A stretch of 64,000 bases of DNA from Candidatus Aminicenantes bacterium (GTDB taxonomy: Bacteria > Acidobacteriota > Aminicenantia > Aminicenantales > UBA8522), in the NCBI GenBank assembly GCA_017886205.1, contig JAFNEO010000012.1, positions 235,207-299,206 of the forward strand. The letters are read 5' to 3'. Both the position numbers and the translations under genes were made by a program. The notes under the pieces were generated by a model. It was given only the letters and a program-made list of their open reading frames with translations. It ran no database searches and was not told the DNA's origin. Below are positions 29,457 to 38,466 of this stretch, piece after piece (the first letter of the stretch is position 1; every line of letters starts with the position of its first letter).

Positions 29457-29594
29457 TTGTGAACAACTAGAAATTGTGAACATACCGATCCGTATGTCGA
29501 TCATTTACAAGCCGGTGTCCAGATCATTGAGGAAATTTCCTCTAACAACTCATTTAGGGCTTGACATTTGTTCATATATTTGCTATGTTCACAA
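29457..29594. promoter_or_regulatory. Promoter/operator region: TTGTGAACA x2 direct + 1 inverted (TGTTCACAA), TTGACA-N17-TATGTT promoter
   Basis: Sites at 29457-29465, 29474-29482, 29586-29594; -35 TTGACA 29559-29564. Confidence 0.4.
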
Positions 29595-30676
29595 TAGATG
29601 AAAAGAAAAATAAAGTGAACGCTATCCTAAACAAAACTAATAAAAACATCGAAGAAGAAATATTTCGGCTTGCCATTGAGGCGTTTCGGAAAAATGTCCC
29701 GACGCTAGCCAATATTGAAACGATTAACCTGGAACGCGTTTTCATAGAGGGGTTTCGGCCAGACCGCCAAATAAAAATGACAGTGCAGGGCAAGACTTTG
29801 GATTACTACGCCGAAATAAAAACAAATTTCAAAGAAGCAAATAAATTCCAATTGCTTATGTACAGAGATAAGCTCGACCACCCGCCCCTGGTCATCGCGA
29901 AGTATGTCAATGCCCAGATGGCAGATCAGCTAAAGCAGGACGGTCTGGAGTTCATCGACACTGCCGGCAATGCGTTCGTCAATAATCCTGCATTCTATAT
30001 TTTCGTGAAAGGGAATAGGCCTCCGGAGATACCAGGACAACCGCCACTTGAAAGAGCTTTCAAACCTGCCGGCCTGAGAATGGTTTTTGCCTTCTTATGC
30101 AATCCCGGTTTTGAGAATAGGACCTACCGGGAGATCGCCGCTGCCACAAAGGTCGCACTCGGGACCGTTAACTGGATCATGAAAGATCTGAAAAAACTGG
30201 GCTTTCTTCTGGACATGGGGAGGCGAGGCCAAAAGCTAATCCAAAAAGAGAATTTGCTACAACGATGGGTCATTGCATACCCGGAGCGGCTCAGGCCGAA
30301 GCAGATGCTCGGGCGCTACCGGGGTGATGCTGCCTGGTGGCAACAGAAGACCCTGGACCCGTTGAAAGCACAATGGGGTGGAGAGATTGCTGCCGCCAGA
30401 TTGACACAATATCTAAAACCGGAACTGATAACGATCTATACCGGGCCCCAAGAGATCAATCATCTGTTGTTCGAAAACCGACTCAAAAAAGACACGGCTG
30501 GAGATATCGAAATTCTGGCGAGATTCTGGAAGCCCGTTGAGATGTGGGAATACGGTGACCTAGTCCACCCAATCCTAGTTTATGCCGATCTCCTGGCAAC
30601 GGGAAACCAGAGAAATATAGAAACAGCGAAAATGATCTATGAGCAACATATTATTCGACTTATCAGGGAAGATTGA
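29585..30676 (+). CDS. AbiEi-like putative transcriptional regulator/antitoxin (wHTH-containing), start uncertain (29561/29585/29597)
   Basis: Internal HTH-like segment 'YREIAAATKVALGTVNWIMKDLKKLGFL'; immediately upstream of and overlapping AbiEii-like NTase gene. Confidence 0.4.
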   Translation: MFTIDEKKNKVNAILNKTNKNIEEEIFRLAIEAFRKNVPTLANIETINLERVFIEGFRPDRQIKMTVQGKTLDYYAEIKTNFKEANKFQLLMYRDKLDHPPLVIAKYVNAQMADQLKQDGLEFIDTAGNAFVNNPAFYIFVKGNRPPEIPGQPPLERAFKPAGLRMVFAFLCNPGFENRTYREIAAATKVALGTVNWIMKDLKKLGFLLDMGRRGQKLIQKENLLQRWVIAYPERLRPKQMLGRYRGDAAWWQQKTLDPLKAQWGGEIAAARLTQYLKPELITIYTGPQEINHLLFENRLKKDTAGDIEILARFWKPVEMWEYGDLVHPILVYADLLATGNQRNIETAKMIYEQHIIRLIRED

Positions 30677-31505
30677 TCAGCAGACAGTCGCCGCGCTATC
30701 TGTCGTGAAGAAAATCGCGGACTCCTTGAGTATTCCTTTTTTCGTCGTCGGCGCTTCGGCAAGAGACATCATTCTCAAGTACTGCTACGGAATAGAAACA
30801 CCGAGGATGACCAGAGATATCGACTTGGGAGTTGAGGTCGCAGATTGGGAGCAGTTCGACCAGCTTAGGGAATCATTGCTCTCGACGAGCAAATTCTCTT
30901 CGACGCAGGTACGGCACAGGCTCCGGTTCGATTCTGTCCTCATCGATATCGTTCCTTTCGGCGCAATCACCGACGAGAAAAGACGGATTAGCTGGCTACC
31001 TGAACACGAAATATTCATGAACATGGCTGGTTTAAAGGAGGCCTACGAATATTCGGTTGATGTGAAATTGAGTTCGGTCCCTGAGCTCGATATTAAACTG
31101 CCAACTCTACCAGGCCTAGCGCTCATGAAGTTGATTTCGTGGAAAGAGGGGTATCCGGAGCGCCAGAGAGACGCTGAGGATCTGCTGCTTATCATGGAGA
31201 AATATGAAGAAGCGGGCAACTTTGACAGACTCTACGAAAAAGAGCAGAGCCTGTTGGAGGAAGAGCATTTTGATGCAAGACATGCCAGTATCAGGCTGCT
31301 CGGCCGCGATATGGCTATAATGGCAGATCCTTATACATTGGACACGGTCAGGGCGATATTGAGTGAAGAAACAGGACAACGTTCTCAATATCGATTGATT
31401 ACAGATATGATCAGAGGCATGCTTGCTTCCGATCTCAAATTCGATGAGATTCTCTCTCAGCTAGAGAAGCTGGGACAAGGCCTTGTTGAGGCCTCAAAAA
31501 CATAA
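30639..31505 (+). CDS. AbiEii/AbiGii-family nucleotidyltransferase toxin (DUF1814-like)
   Basis: 'FFVVGASARDIILKY...RMTRDIDLGVEV' minimal NTase hG[GS]...D.D motif resembling GGTAL/RFSEDID of AbiEii; ~288 aa. Confidence 0.55.
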   Translation: MSNILFDLSGKIDQQTVAALSVVKKIADSLSIPFFVVGASARDIILKYCYGIETPRMTRDIDLGVEVADWEQFDQLRESLLSTSKFSSTQVRHRLRFDSVLIDIVPFGAITDEKRRISWLPEHEIFMNMAGLKEAYEYSVDVKLSSVPELDIKLPTLPGLALMKLISWKEGYPERQRDAEDLLLIMEKYEEAGNFDRLYEKEQSLLEEEHFDARHASIRLLGRDMAIMADPYTLDTVRAILSEETGQRSQYRLITDMIRGMLASDLKFDEILSQLEKLGQGLVEASKT

Positions 31506-31517
31506 CCGCTGTACTTC

Positions 31518-32757
31518 TTGTTAACCCCCTGTCCGCCCAGAAGCTTGTATCATATTAAAACAAGCATAACAGCTTGTGTTTCGACCGGAAAAAGAGACAC
31601 GGCAATTTTCACTAGACAGTTAAAAAAGCCTTGCCCGCCACTTCCTCTCCCTAGAAAACTCCCAGGAGCTCTATTACAACTGGGACCTTCGCCAGGTGCG
31701 GGATAGGTATAGGTCTGACTATACTTTCTTTGAGAGCCCGCTGCGAGACGCCAAATCTCGGGGGCGATTGCCCTGGATCTGTTTCGATGAGATCCACAAA
31801 ATGCCGAAATGGAAGAATATTCTCAAGGGTTACTACGACAAATACGAGAACGACTGCCGGTTCATCGTCACCGGCAGCGCCCGGTTAGACTGGTTCCGGC
31901 GGTCCGGAGATTCCCTGGCGGGGCGTTATTTCCTCTTTCGCTTGAATCCTTTAACACTCTCCGAAGTCGCAGGTCACCCGCATCGTGAGCCTGCCCGGGA
32001 TGAAACTGCTCTGGAATTCATTGAGCGAAAGCTGAGCCGGGGCCCCTCCAGGCAGGATCTGATTGATCACCTCCTGCACTACAGCGGGTTTCCCGAACCC
32101 TTCCTCAAGGCGGATGAGACATTCTACCGGCGATGGCAACGGGATATGGTGGATTACCTGACGAGGGAGGACGTTCGCGATCTGACGCGGATTATGGCCG
32201 TTGAGCATATTGCGACATTGATGCAGATCATGCCGGATCGTGTGGGCTCGCCTCTATCGTTGAATGCGCTGACAGAGGACATCGAGGCCAGTTATACTGC
32301 AGTTAAGAACGCTATCTCCGCCATGCAGCTCATCTGTGCCGTTTTTTTGATCTCCCCTTATCACCAGAGAATTGCCCGGGCGGTCAAAAAAGAAAAAAAG
32401 GCCTATTTTTATGATTGGGGCCGCGCCCTCGAGCCGGCGAAGAGATTCGAGAATTATGTCGCCGTCGAGCTCGCCACGATGATCGACCTCTGGCACGATA
32501 AGGGGATCGGCGATTTCGACCTGATGTACGTCCGAACGCGGGACGGCAAAGAAACTGATTTCCTGGTCATGCGGAATCGCCAGCCCTGGTGCCTCTTCGA
32601 GGCCAAACTTCAGGACGACGTTATCGCCCGGCACCATTTCGATCAGGCCAATGCCCTGGGGAACATCCCGTTTCTTCAGGTCACGGGTCAGGATAAGGTC
32701 TTCAAGAGACAGGATTCGCGCTTTTTCCGCATCTCCGCCAGCCGGTTCTTTGCGTGA
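31518..32757 (+). pseudogene. 5'-truncated/frameshifted AAA-ATPase of DUF4143 family
   Basis: ORF 31696-32757 begins at Walker B (WICFDEIHK) and has DUF4143-like 'TGSARLDWFRRSGDSLAGRYFLFRLNPLTLSEV' but lacks Walker A; short overlapping upstream frame (31518-31706) suggests frameshift. Confidence 0.5.
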
Positions 32758-32880
32758 TTTTTATCTCCTCTTCCTGACGCCCGCCTCCAAGGTCCGGGCA
32801 GCGATCGAGCAGTAGTTTCAGAAAAATGAGATTAAAGGATCTTACCTGCGTCTTATTAAATGCTTGGACAAATCCAACCC

Positions 32881-33087
32881 ATGAAAGTCAAAGGGGCCAT
32901 AAAAATGATTGAACAGGACGGCTGGTTCATGATAAGAAAAAGAGGAAGCCACCGGCAATATAAACATAACAATAAAAAAGGCGTGGTGACCATAACCGGC
33001 CATTTGAATGATGATCTCGCTAAAGGGACACTCGATAGCGTGTTTAAACAAGCGGGTTTAAAATATGGGAGGAAAGAAAGTGTATAG
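32881..33087 (+). CDS. hicA: HicA-family toxin (YcfA-like mRNA interferase)
   Basis: 'MIEQDGWFMIRKRGSHRQYKHNNKKGVVTITGH...GTLDSVFKQAGL' HicA signature. Confidence 0.75.
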   Translation: MKVKGAIKMIEQDGWFMIRKRGSHRQYKHNNKKGVVTITGHLNDDLAKGTLDSVFKQAGLKYGRKESV

Positions 33088-33295
33088 GTATCCGATTATC
33101 ATAGAAAGATCCAGGAATAACTATTCTGCCTACAGCCCGGATCTGCCCGGCTGTGTAGCCACGGGCGCAACCATCAAAGAGACTCTCTTGCGAATGAGGA
33201 GTGCGATCAGGTTGCACCTGGAAGGACTCAAGAAAGAAGGAACTGAAATCCTCCAGCCGTCGACGAAAGCTAGATACGTAGAAATCTCCATCTGA
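33080..33295 (+). CDS. hicB: HicB-family antitoxin
   Basis: 'YPIIIERSRNNYSAYSPDLPGCVATGATIKETL' UPF0150/HicB N-domain; GTG start with SD gggagg, overlaps hicA end. Confidence 0.7.
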   Translation: MYRYPIIIERSRNNYSAYSPDLPGCVATGATIKETLLRMRSAIRLHLEGLKKEGTEILQPSTKARYVEISI

Positions 33296-33366
33296 TTTTT
33301 CCGCCTCACCAACTCTAGAAATGGGGGAAAAATAGGACCGTCCCCATTTTGATTCCATCCGCAGGA

Positions 33367-33449
33367 GAAATTGGACCACCGCCCATCGCCCGGACGCTCG
33401 CGGCGGTATGCTGATGCTCCGGATTTGTTGATTGTTGAGACCTGACCCC
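33367..33449. repeat. Extended family A unit (second copy of ~80-nt element)
   Basis: GAAATTGGACCACCGCCCATCGCCCGGACGCTCGC...GCTGATGCTCCGGATTTGTTGATTGTTGAGACCTGACCCC. Confidence 0.7.
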
Positions 33450-33534
33450 GCGCACTGCTCCCCACGCCTTGAGAATTTTTGCCAATTAACTCCGTCTATA
33501 TAACCGGAGCCCGCAAAGCGCGGAAAAGCGCGAT

Positions 33535-33563
33535 TTGACAATTGGTACAATGAATAGTACAAT
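33535..33563 (+). promoter_or_regulatory. sigma70-like promoter TTGACA-N17-TACAAT for phd-relE pair (short leader)
   Basis: TTGACA 33535-33540, TACAAT 33558-33563, ATG at 33580. Confidence 0.4.
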
Positions 33564-33579
33564 TCAGCCGCAACACCAA

Positions 33580-33843
33580 ATGGACAAAGTCATCGGCATC
33601 GCCAAGCTCCGCAATTCGCTGGCCTCAATCATCAAGGATGTGACCAGGGGGTCTCATTACATCATCGTCCAGAGATCAAAGGCCAAAGCGGTTCTTCTCA
33701 GCCCAGAAGAGGTTGAGACACTTGAGGTCCTGGCTGACCGGAGGCTGCTGGAAGAGATCCTGGAAGCGAAGAAAGACATTCTTGAAGGCAGGTTCGCAAC
33801 CTACGAAGATTTTTTTGCCAAGAAACTACCTGAAAAACGCTGA
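33580..33843 (+). CDS. Phd/YefM-family antitoxin
   Basis: 'MDKVIGIAKLRNSLASIIKDVTRGSHYIIVQRSKAKAVLLSPEEVETLE' Phd/YefM signature. Confidence 0.75.
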   Translation: MDKVIGIAKLRNSLASIIKDVTRGSHYIIVQRSKAKAVLLSPEEVETLEVLADRRLLEEILEAKKDILEGRFATYEDFFAKKLPEKR

Positions 33844-33851
33844 ATTTCTGG

Positions 33852-34106
33852 ATGGCCCTTTTTCTAACCCGCACTTTCCAGAAGAACTTTCTTCGACTTC
33901 CCAAAAACAGCCAATCCAAGGTTGAGGCCGCTCTGAGAGAGATCCATTCAAACCCCCTTGCCGGGAAAAAGCTTCTCGGGGATCTCGAAGGCGAATTTTC
34001 GTTTCGAATCGGTGCCTACAGAATTATCTATTTCATCGATCAAGAGAAGAACATTTGGGTTGAAACCGTCCGGCACCGAAAGGAAGTCTATAAAAGGCTC
34101 AAGTAA
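33852..34106 (+). CDS. RelE/ParE-family toxin
   Basis: 'FSFRIGAYRIIYFIDQEKNIWVETVRHRKEVY' RelE/ParE C-terminal signature. Confidence 0.75.
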   Translation: MALFLTRTFQKNFLRLPKNSQSKVEAALREIHSNPLAGKKLLGDLEGEFSFRIGAYRIIYFIDQEKNIWVETVRHRKEVYKRLK

Positions 34107-34143
34107 TTCGGTGCCAGGCAGCTAATTACCGAAATTCTAATAG
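34105..34143. repeat. REP family B copy
   Basis: aattcggtgccaggcagctaattaccgaaattctaatagc, begins at relE stop codon. Confidence 0.8.
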
Positions 34144-34415
34144 CTTCCCTGACGGGTTTCCGCGGCTATCATGAAGACGATCTTTTTCTCTTCATCCACT
34201 TCATAGAAGAACCGCTGTGGGCCGATTCTGTATCGCCATGTCTCCGGCTTGTAGCCTCTCAACTTCCTGATGTTTTTCCCAAAATAGGGCTGGGCTTTCA
34301 ATTGCGGATAAACGTATTCATGAAGCTTTTTCGTCAACTTCTCCTGCCTCGGACCTAGATTCCTTTGGAGGTCTTCCTGAAACTGCTCAGTCTCGAATAT
34401 ACGATACTCACTCAA
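34137..34415 (-). CDS. RelE/ParE-family toxin
   Basis: 'KLRGYKPETWRYRIGPQRFFYEVDEEKKIVFMIAAETR' signature. Confidence 0.7.
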   Translation of the reverse strand: MSEYRIFETEQFQEDLQRNLGPRQEKLTKKLHEYVYPQLKAQPYFGKNIRKLRGYKPETWRYRIGPQRFFYEVDEEKKIVFMIAAETRQGSY

Positions 34416-34650
34416 CGAATCGACCTTTTATCCGTTTGGCTTGTTCACTGCCGGTCTTCAACCTCTCCAACAGATTCTTGTTGTTGAGGATCTCCTCCAT
34501 CTCAAATTCATCAGCGAACAACTCCTCTTCGATTTGTTTGAGTGCCAGTGTCTCGATGGCATTGGCCAGCGTTCGATTCTCGGCCTTGGCAAAGGCTTGA
34601 AAAAGACGGAAATCCTCGTCGCTCAGGCGCAGGGTGATCGTCTTGGGCAT
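34408..34650 (-). CDS. Ribbon-helix-helix (CopG-like) antitoxin
   Basis: MPKTITLRLSDEDFRLFQAFAKAENRTLANAIETLAL...; internal ATG of spurious 328-aa track ORF; overlaps relE start by 8 nt. Confidence 0.65.
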   Translation of the reverse strand: MPKTITLRLSDEDFRLFQAFAKAENRTLANAIETLALKQIEEELFADEFEMEEILNNKNLLERLKTGSEQAKRIKGRFVE

Positions 34651-34810
34651 GATGCAATATCCTTCCTTTTGATTCATTTTGATTCTATTTGCTTCATTTC
34701 GCTTTGTCAAGCTCATTCCGGTCCTTGTTCCAAAAGGAAGGTCCATATTGACCAACGAATTGGAAGCGGAGGATATCCCAACGTTTTTGAACGTTCTTGT
34801 CTCCCTAGGA

Positions 34811-34837
34811 TTTGTTGATTGTTGAGACCTGACCCCC
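34811..34837. repeat. REP family A half-site
   Basis: tttgttgattgttgagacctgaccccc. Confidence 0.85.
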
Positions 34838-34854
34838 TGTCCGTTAACCCCCAA

Positions 34855-34912
34855 TCCGCGGCGTAAACTTTTGTTGACATGACCCCAACATAATGTTATT
34901 TTGGTCCGGCGC
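34855..34912 (+). promoter_or_regulatory. Promoter module copy 1 (AACCCCCAATCCGCGGCGTAAACTTTTGTTGACA-N17-TATTTT, extended TG -10)
   Basis: Same ~45-nt module recurs at 51470-51530 and 56417-56472. Confidence 0.55.
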
Positions 34913-35007
34913 GGAAGCGAGGTGTTGCGATTTGTGCAAGCGCGCCGGCTGGGCGTTGACTTGCCGGCGGCGGCACACGATAATCGCCCCCGCAGAGCTT
35001 GGCAACT

Positions 35008-37200
35008 GTGATCGGGCAAAGCGTATCCCACTATCGCATCGTCGACCGTCTGGGCAGCGGCGGGATGGGTGTCGTCTACGCCGCCGAAGACACGCGCCTG
35101 GGCCGCCGCGTGGCACTGAAGTTCCTGCCGGAAGATGTGGCTCAGGAGAGCGAGGCGGTGGAGCGCTTCAAGCGCGAGGCTCGCGCTGCCTCCGCCCTGA
35201 ACCACCCCCACATTTGCACCATCTACGACATCGACGAATACGAAGGCCGCCCCTTCCTGGCCATGGAACTGCTGGAAGGCGAAACCTTGAAGGATCGTCT
35301 CACCGGTCGCCCGCTCAAGCTCGAGGAATTGCTGGGGTGGGGCATCGAAGTGGCTGATGCCCTCGATGCTGCCCACTCCCGGGGCATCATCCACCGCGAT
35401 ATCAAGCCGGCAAACATCTTCATCACCCAGGGGGGCCGGGCCAAGGTTCTGGACTTCGGCTTGGCCAAGCTTGCGCCCCAGCTCGGGCGGCCCGCAGGGA
35501 CCTCCGCTACGGTCACGATGGATACGAATCTGACCAGTCCCGGCTCTTCCGTGGGTACGGTGGCCTATATGTCGCCCGAGCAGGCACGGGGGGAGGGACT
35601 CGATGCCCGCAGCGACCTCTTCTCCGTCGGATCAGTGCTGTACGAAATGGCCACTGGACAGCGGCCCTTTTCCGGCTCCACCCCGGCGTTGGTCTTCGAC
35701 GCCATTCTGCATCAGTCCCCGCCTGCGGCCAACAGCCTGAACCCCGCCCTGCCGACGGCGCTGGACCGCATACTCGCCAAGGCGCTGGAGAAGGACCGCT
35801 ACGCCCGCTACCAGAGCGCCGCCGAACTGCGCGCCGACCTCCACCGCCTGAAGCAGGAGTTAGATTCTGGCCGCGTCCCGGCCCACGCTGCCGCCCGCCC
35901 GCCGGACGACAAGTCGGTGGCGGTGCTCTACTTCGAGAACCTCAGCGGCGCCAAAGAGGACGAGTACTTCCGCGATGGCATGACCGAGGACGTCATCACC
36001 GATCTCTCCAAGATCAAGGGGTTGCAGGTGTTCCCCCGCGCCGCCGTGTTGACCTTCCGTGACAAGCCGGTCACCGGCCCCCAGGTGGGGCAGCAGTTGG
36101 ATGCCGCCTACGTTCTGGCCGGCAGCCTGCGTCGGGCAGGGAGCCGGCTGCGGGTCAACGCTCATCTGGTCGAGTCCTCCACCGGCCACTCGGTCTGGGC
36201 CGAGCGCTACGACCGCGAGCTGCAGGATCTCTTCGAAGTGCAGGACGAGATTGCCCGCAGCATCACCCAGGCGCTGCGCATCACCCTCTCCCCGCCAGAG
36301 CGGAAAGCCATCGCGCAGAAACCTACGCGAGACCCGCGCGCTTACGACTACTATCTGCGGGGGCGCAGCTACGCCCGGCGGGTGACGCGCCCCGACTTGG
36401 AACTGGCGATTGAAATGTACGACCGCGCCGCGACCTTGGACCCCAACTTCGCCCTCGCTTATGCCGGCCTGGCCATCGTCTGCGGCGTGTACCACGAATG
36501 GCACGAGCAACATCCCCGCTGGGTGGAGAAGGGCCTGGCCGCCTGCGAGCGTGCCCTCGAACTCGACCCCGAGCTGCCCGAAGCGCTGGCCGCGCGCGCT
36601 CGCCTCTTCTACGCCCAGCACCAGAACGATAAGGCCATCGAGTACGCCCGCCGCGCTATCGAGCGCAAGCCCGACTGCGAGGGCGCCTACTGGACGCTGG
36701 GGCAGGCCTGCTTCGTTTCCGATCGCTGGCAGGAAGCGGCAGCGGTGGTGGAACAGGCGCTCCAAGCCAGCGGCGACGACTACAACACCTATATCCCCTT
36801 CTACAACATCCTGGTGCGGCTGGGACGAGACAAGGAAGCATCCGCGGTGCGCGAACGGCACTTGCGCGCATTGGAGTTGCATTTGGGACGCGTGCCCGAA
36901 GACGTGCGGGCGCGGATTCTGGTGGCGGCCCTCTATGCTGAACTGGGCCGAGAAAGTGATGCCATCCGCGAACTGCAGATGGCGCTCGTCCTCCGTCCCA
37001 ACGACGGCAATATCCTCTACAATGCCGCCTGCACCTACGGCCTCCTGCAGAAGAAGGCGGAAGCGCTGACACTGCTGCGCAAGGCCAAGGAATCCGGCTT
37101 CGCCACCATGGAATGGGCGGCGCGCGACCCCGACCTCGCCTGCCTGCATGACGACCCCGAATTTCAGCAACTGGTCGGGATGGAAGGCTCCAGCCGCTAG
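35008..37200 (+). CDS. Hanks-type Ser/Thr protein kinase with C-terminal TPR domain (compositionally GC-rich relative to flanks)
   Basis: [32 protein letters not shown]; TPR C-terminus; start set to GTG 35008 by analogy with MIGQ... starts of the other two kinases (track start 34999 is TTG). Confidence 0.8.
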   Translation: MIGQSVSHYRIVDRLGSGGMGVVYAAEDTRLGRRVALKFLPEDVAQESEAVERFKREARAASALNHPHICTIYDIDEYEGRPFLAMELLEGETLKDRLTGRPLKLEELLGWGIEVADALDAAHSRGIIHRDIKPANIFITQGGRAKVLDFGLAKLAPQLGRPAGTSATVTMDTNLTSPGSSVGTVAYMSPEQARGEGLDARSDLFSVGSVLYEMATGQRPFSGSTPALVFDAILHQSPPAANSLNPALPTALDRILAKALEKDRYARYQSAAELRADLHRLKQELDSGRVPAHAAARPPDDKSVAVLYFENLSGAKEDEYFRDGMTEDVITDLSKIKGLQVFPRAAVLTFRDKPVTGPQVGQQLDAAYVLAGSLRRAGSRLRVNAHLVESSTGHSVWAERYDRELQDLFEVQDEIARSITQALRITLSPPERKAIAQKPTRDPRAYDYYLRGRSYARRVTRPDLELAIEMYDRAATLDPNFALAYAGLAIVCGVYHEWHEQHPRWVEKGLAACERALELDPELPEALAARARLFYAQHQNDKAIEYARRAIERKPDCEGAYWTLGQACFVSDRWQEAAAVVEQALQASGDDYNTYIPFYNILVRLGRDKEASAVRERHLRALELHLGRVPEDVRARILVAALYAELGRESDAIRELQMALVLRPNDGNILYNAACTYGLLQKKAEALTLLRKAKESGFATMEWAARDPDLACLHDDPEFQQLVGMEGSSR

Positions 37201-37356
37201 CTTCTCCGCCCGCCTACCTTGCTCAGGAAGGGGAGAGGTTTGCCCCCTCCCGCGGCCGCGGGCAATGTCCGCAAGCCAGGTCCACAAATTGTTGACAGAG
37301 CATCCCGGGAGGTACTATATTTTCCTTAAAACAGCCTTTCATTGCAGGAGGTCAAA

Positions 37357-38265
37357 ATGTGTATTTCAAAAGACCACCGGTTTCTATATTCTCTCCTCAC
37401 CGGCCTTCTTGGTATTTGTCTTTTCGGGTTCGCCCAAGACTTCGAGAAAATACAAGTCCAGACCATCAAGGTCACCGAGAACATCTATATGGTTGTCGGC
37501 GGGGGCGGCAACATCGGCGTTTCCGTCGGGCAGGATGGGATCCTGCTCATCGACAGCCAGTTTTCCGAGCTTCTGGAAAAGATTAAAGCCGAGATCGCAA
37601 AAATCTCAAGCGGCCCGATCCGCATCGTCTGCAACACCAACTGGCACTATGACCATGTCAGCGGCAACGAGCCTTTAGCCAAAGCGGGCGCGCTGATCAT
37701 CGCCCACGAGAACACGAGAAAAGGAATGGCCAGCGAGCAGTACTTCCCGGAGTTCGACCAAAAGTCGCCGCCTTACCCGGAAGCCGCTCTTCCCGCCGTG
37801 ACCTTCAGGGAGAGTTTGACTCTCTACTTCAACGGCGACGAAGTTCAAATCCTTCACATCCCCAACGCCCATTCGGACGCGGACCTGGTGTTTTTCTTCC
37901 GCAAGGCCAATGTCATCCATACAGGAGACATCTGCTTTCCCGGGATGTATCCGTTCATCGATGTGGGCCATGGGGGATCGGTCGCCGGTACAATTGCCGG
38001 GGCAGATAAGATCGCCGGCATGATCGACACCGCGACGAAAGTCATCCCGGGACACGGGTCTCTTTCGGATCGGGAAGGAGTGCTCGCTTATCGGAATATG
38101 CTGGCCGCTGTACGGGACCGCATCGCCAAGCTCATCCAGGAAGGAAAGACGCTCGAACAGGTTTTGGAAGCGAAACCGACAGCGGATTTTGATAAGACCA
38201 TGGCGCCCGACATCCCGGCTGAGATGTTTGTGAAAATTGTTTATGGCGATCTGACCAAACGGTGA
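37357..38265 (+). CDS. Secreted MBL-fold metallo-hydrolase
   Basis: Signal peptide; 'TNWHYDHVSGN' HxHxDH motif; SD aggagg before ATG 37357. Confidence 0.75.
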   Translation: MCISKDHRFLYSLLTGLLGICLFGFAQDFEKIQVQTIKVTENIYMVVGGGGNIGVSVGQDGILLIDSQFSELLEKIKAEIAKISSGPIRIVCNTNWHYDHVSGNEPLAKAGALIIAHENTRKGMASEQYFPEFDQKSPPYPEAALPAVTFRESLTLYFNGDEVQILHIPNAHSDADLVFFFRKANVIHTGDICFPGMYPFIDVGHGGSVAGTIAGADKIAGMIDTATKVIPGHGSLSDREGVLAYRNMLAAVRDRIAKLIQEGKTLEQVLEAKPTADFDKTMAPDIPAEMFVKIVYGDLTKR

Positions 38266-38466
38266 AAGATTTCCCCCCCTTTAAGTCATAAGAACTTGGT
38301 TTTTAGGGTCCGCTGGCAGCGATTGCATTTTTGTCTCTCTTGCCCCTCCAACCATCGTGAGGATGCATAGATTAAGACATCAATAGCTTTGGTTTGAGCC
38401 TCGTCAAGGCCAGCTCAGGCGCCGCGACTCGACGCCTGCCTCGCATTCTGTCACCGCTTCTACCTG

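Noticed and set aside
34651-35394. N-terminal 248 aa of the track ORF 34408-35394 (-)
   Set aside because: Only the C-terminal 80 codons (the RHH antitoxin, from internal ATG 34650) are coding. The upstream part runs antisense into the kinase gene and REP/promoter region.
35860-37287. 475-aa minus-strand ORF
   Set aside because: It is antisense to the Ser/Thr kinase-TPR gene. It has no motifs and a high-GC artefactual composition.
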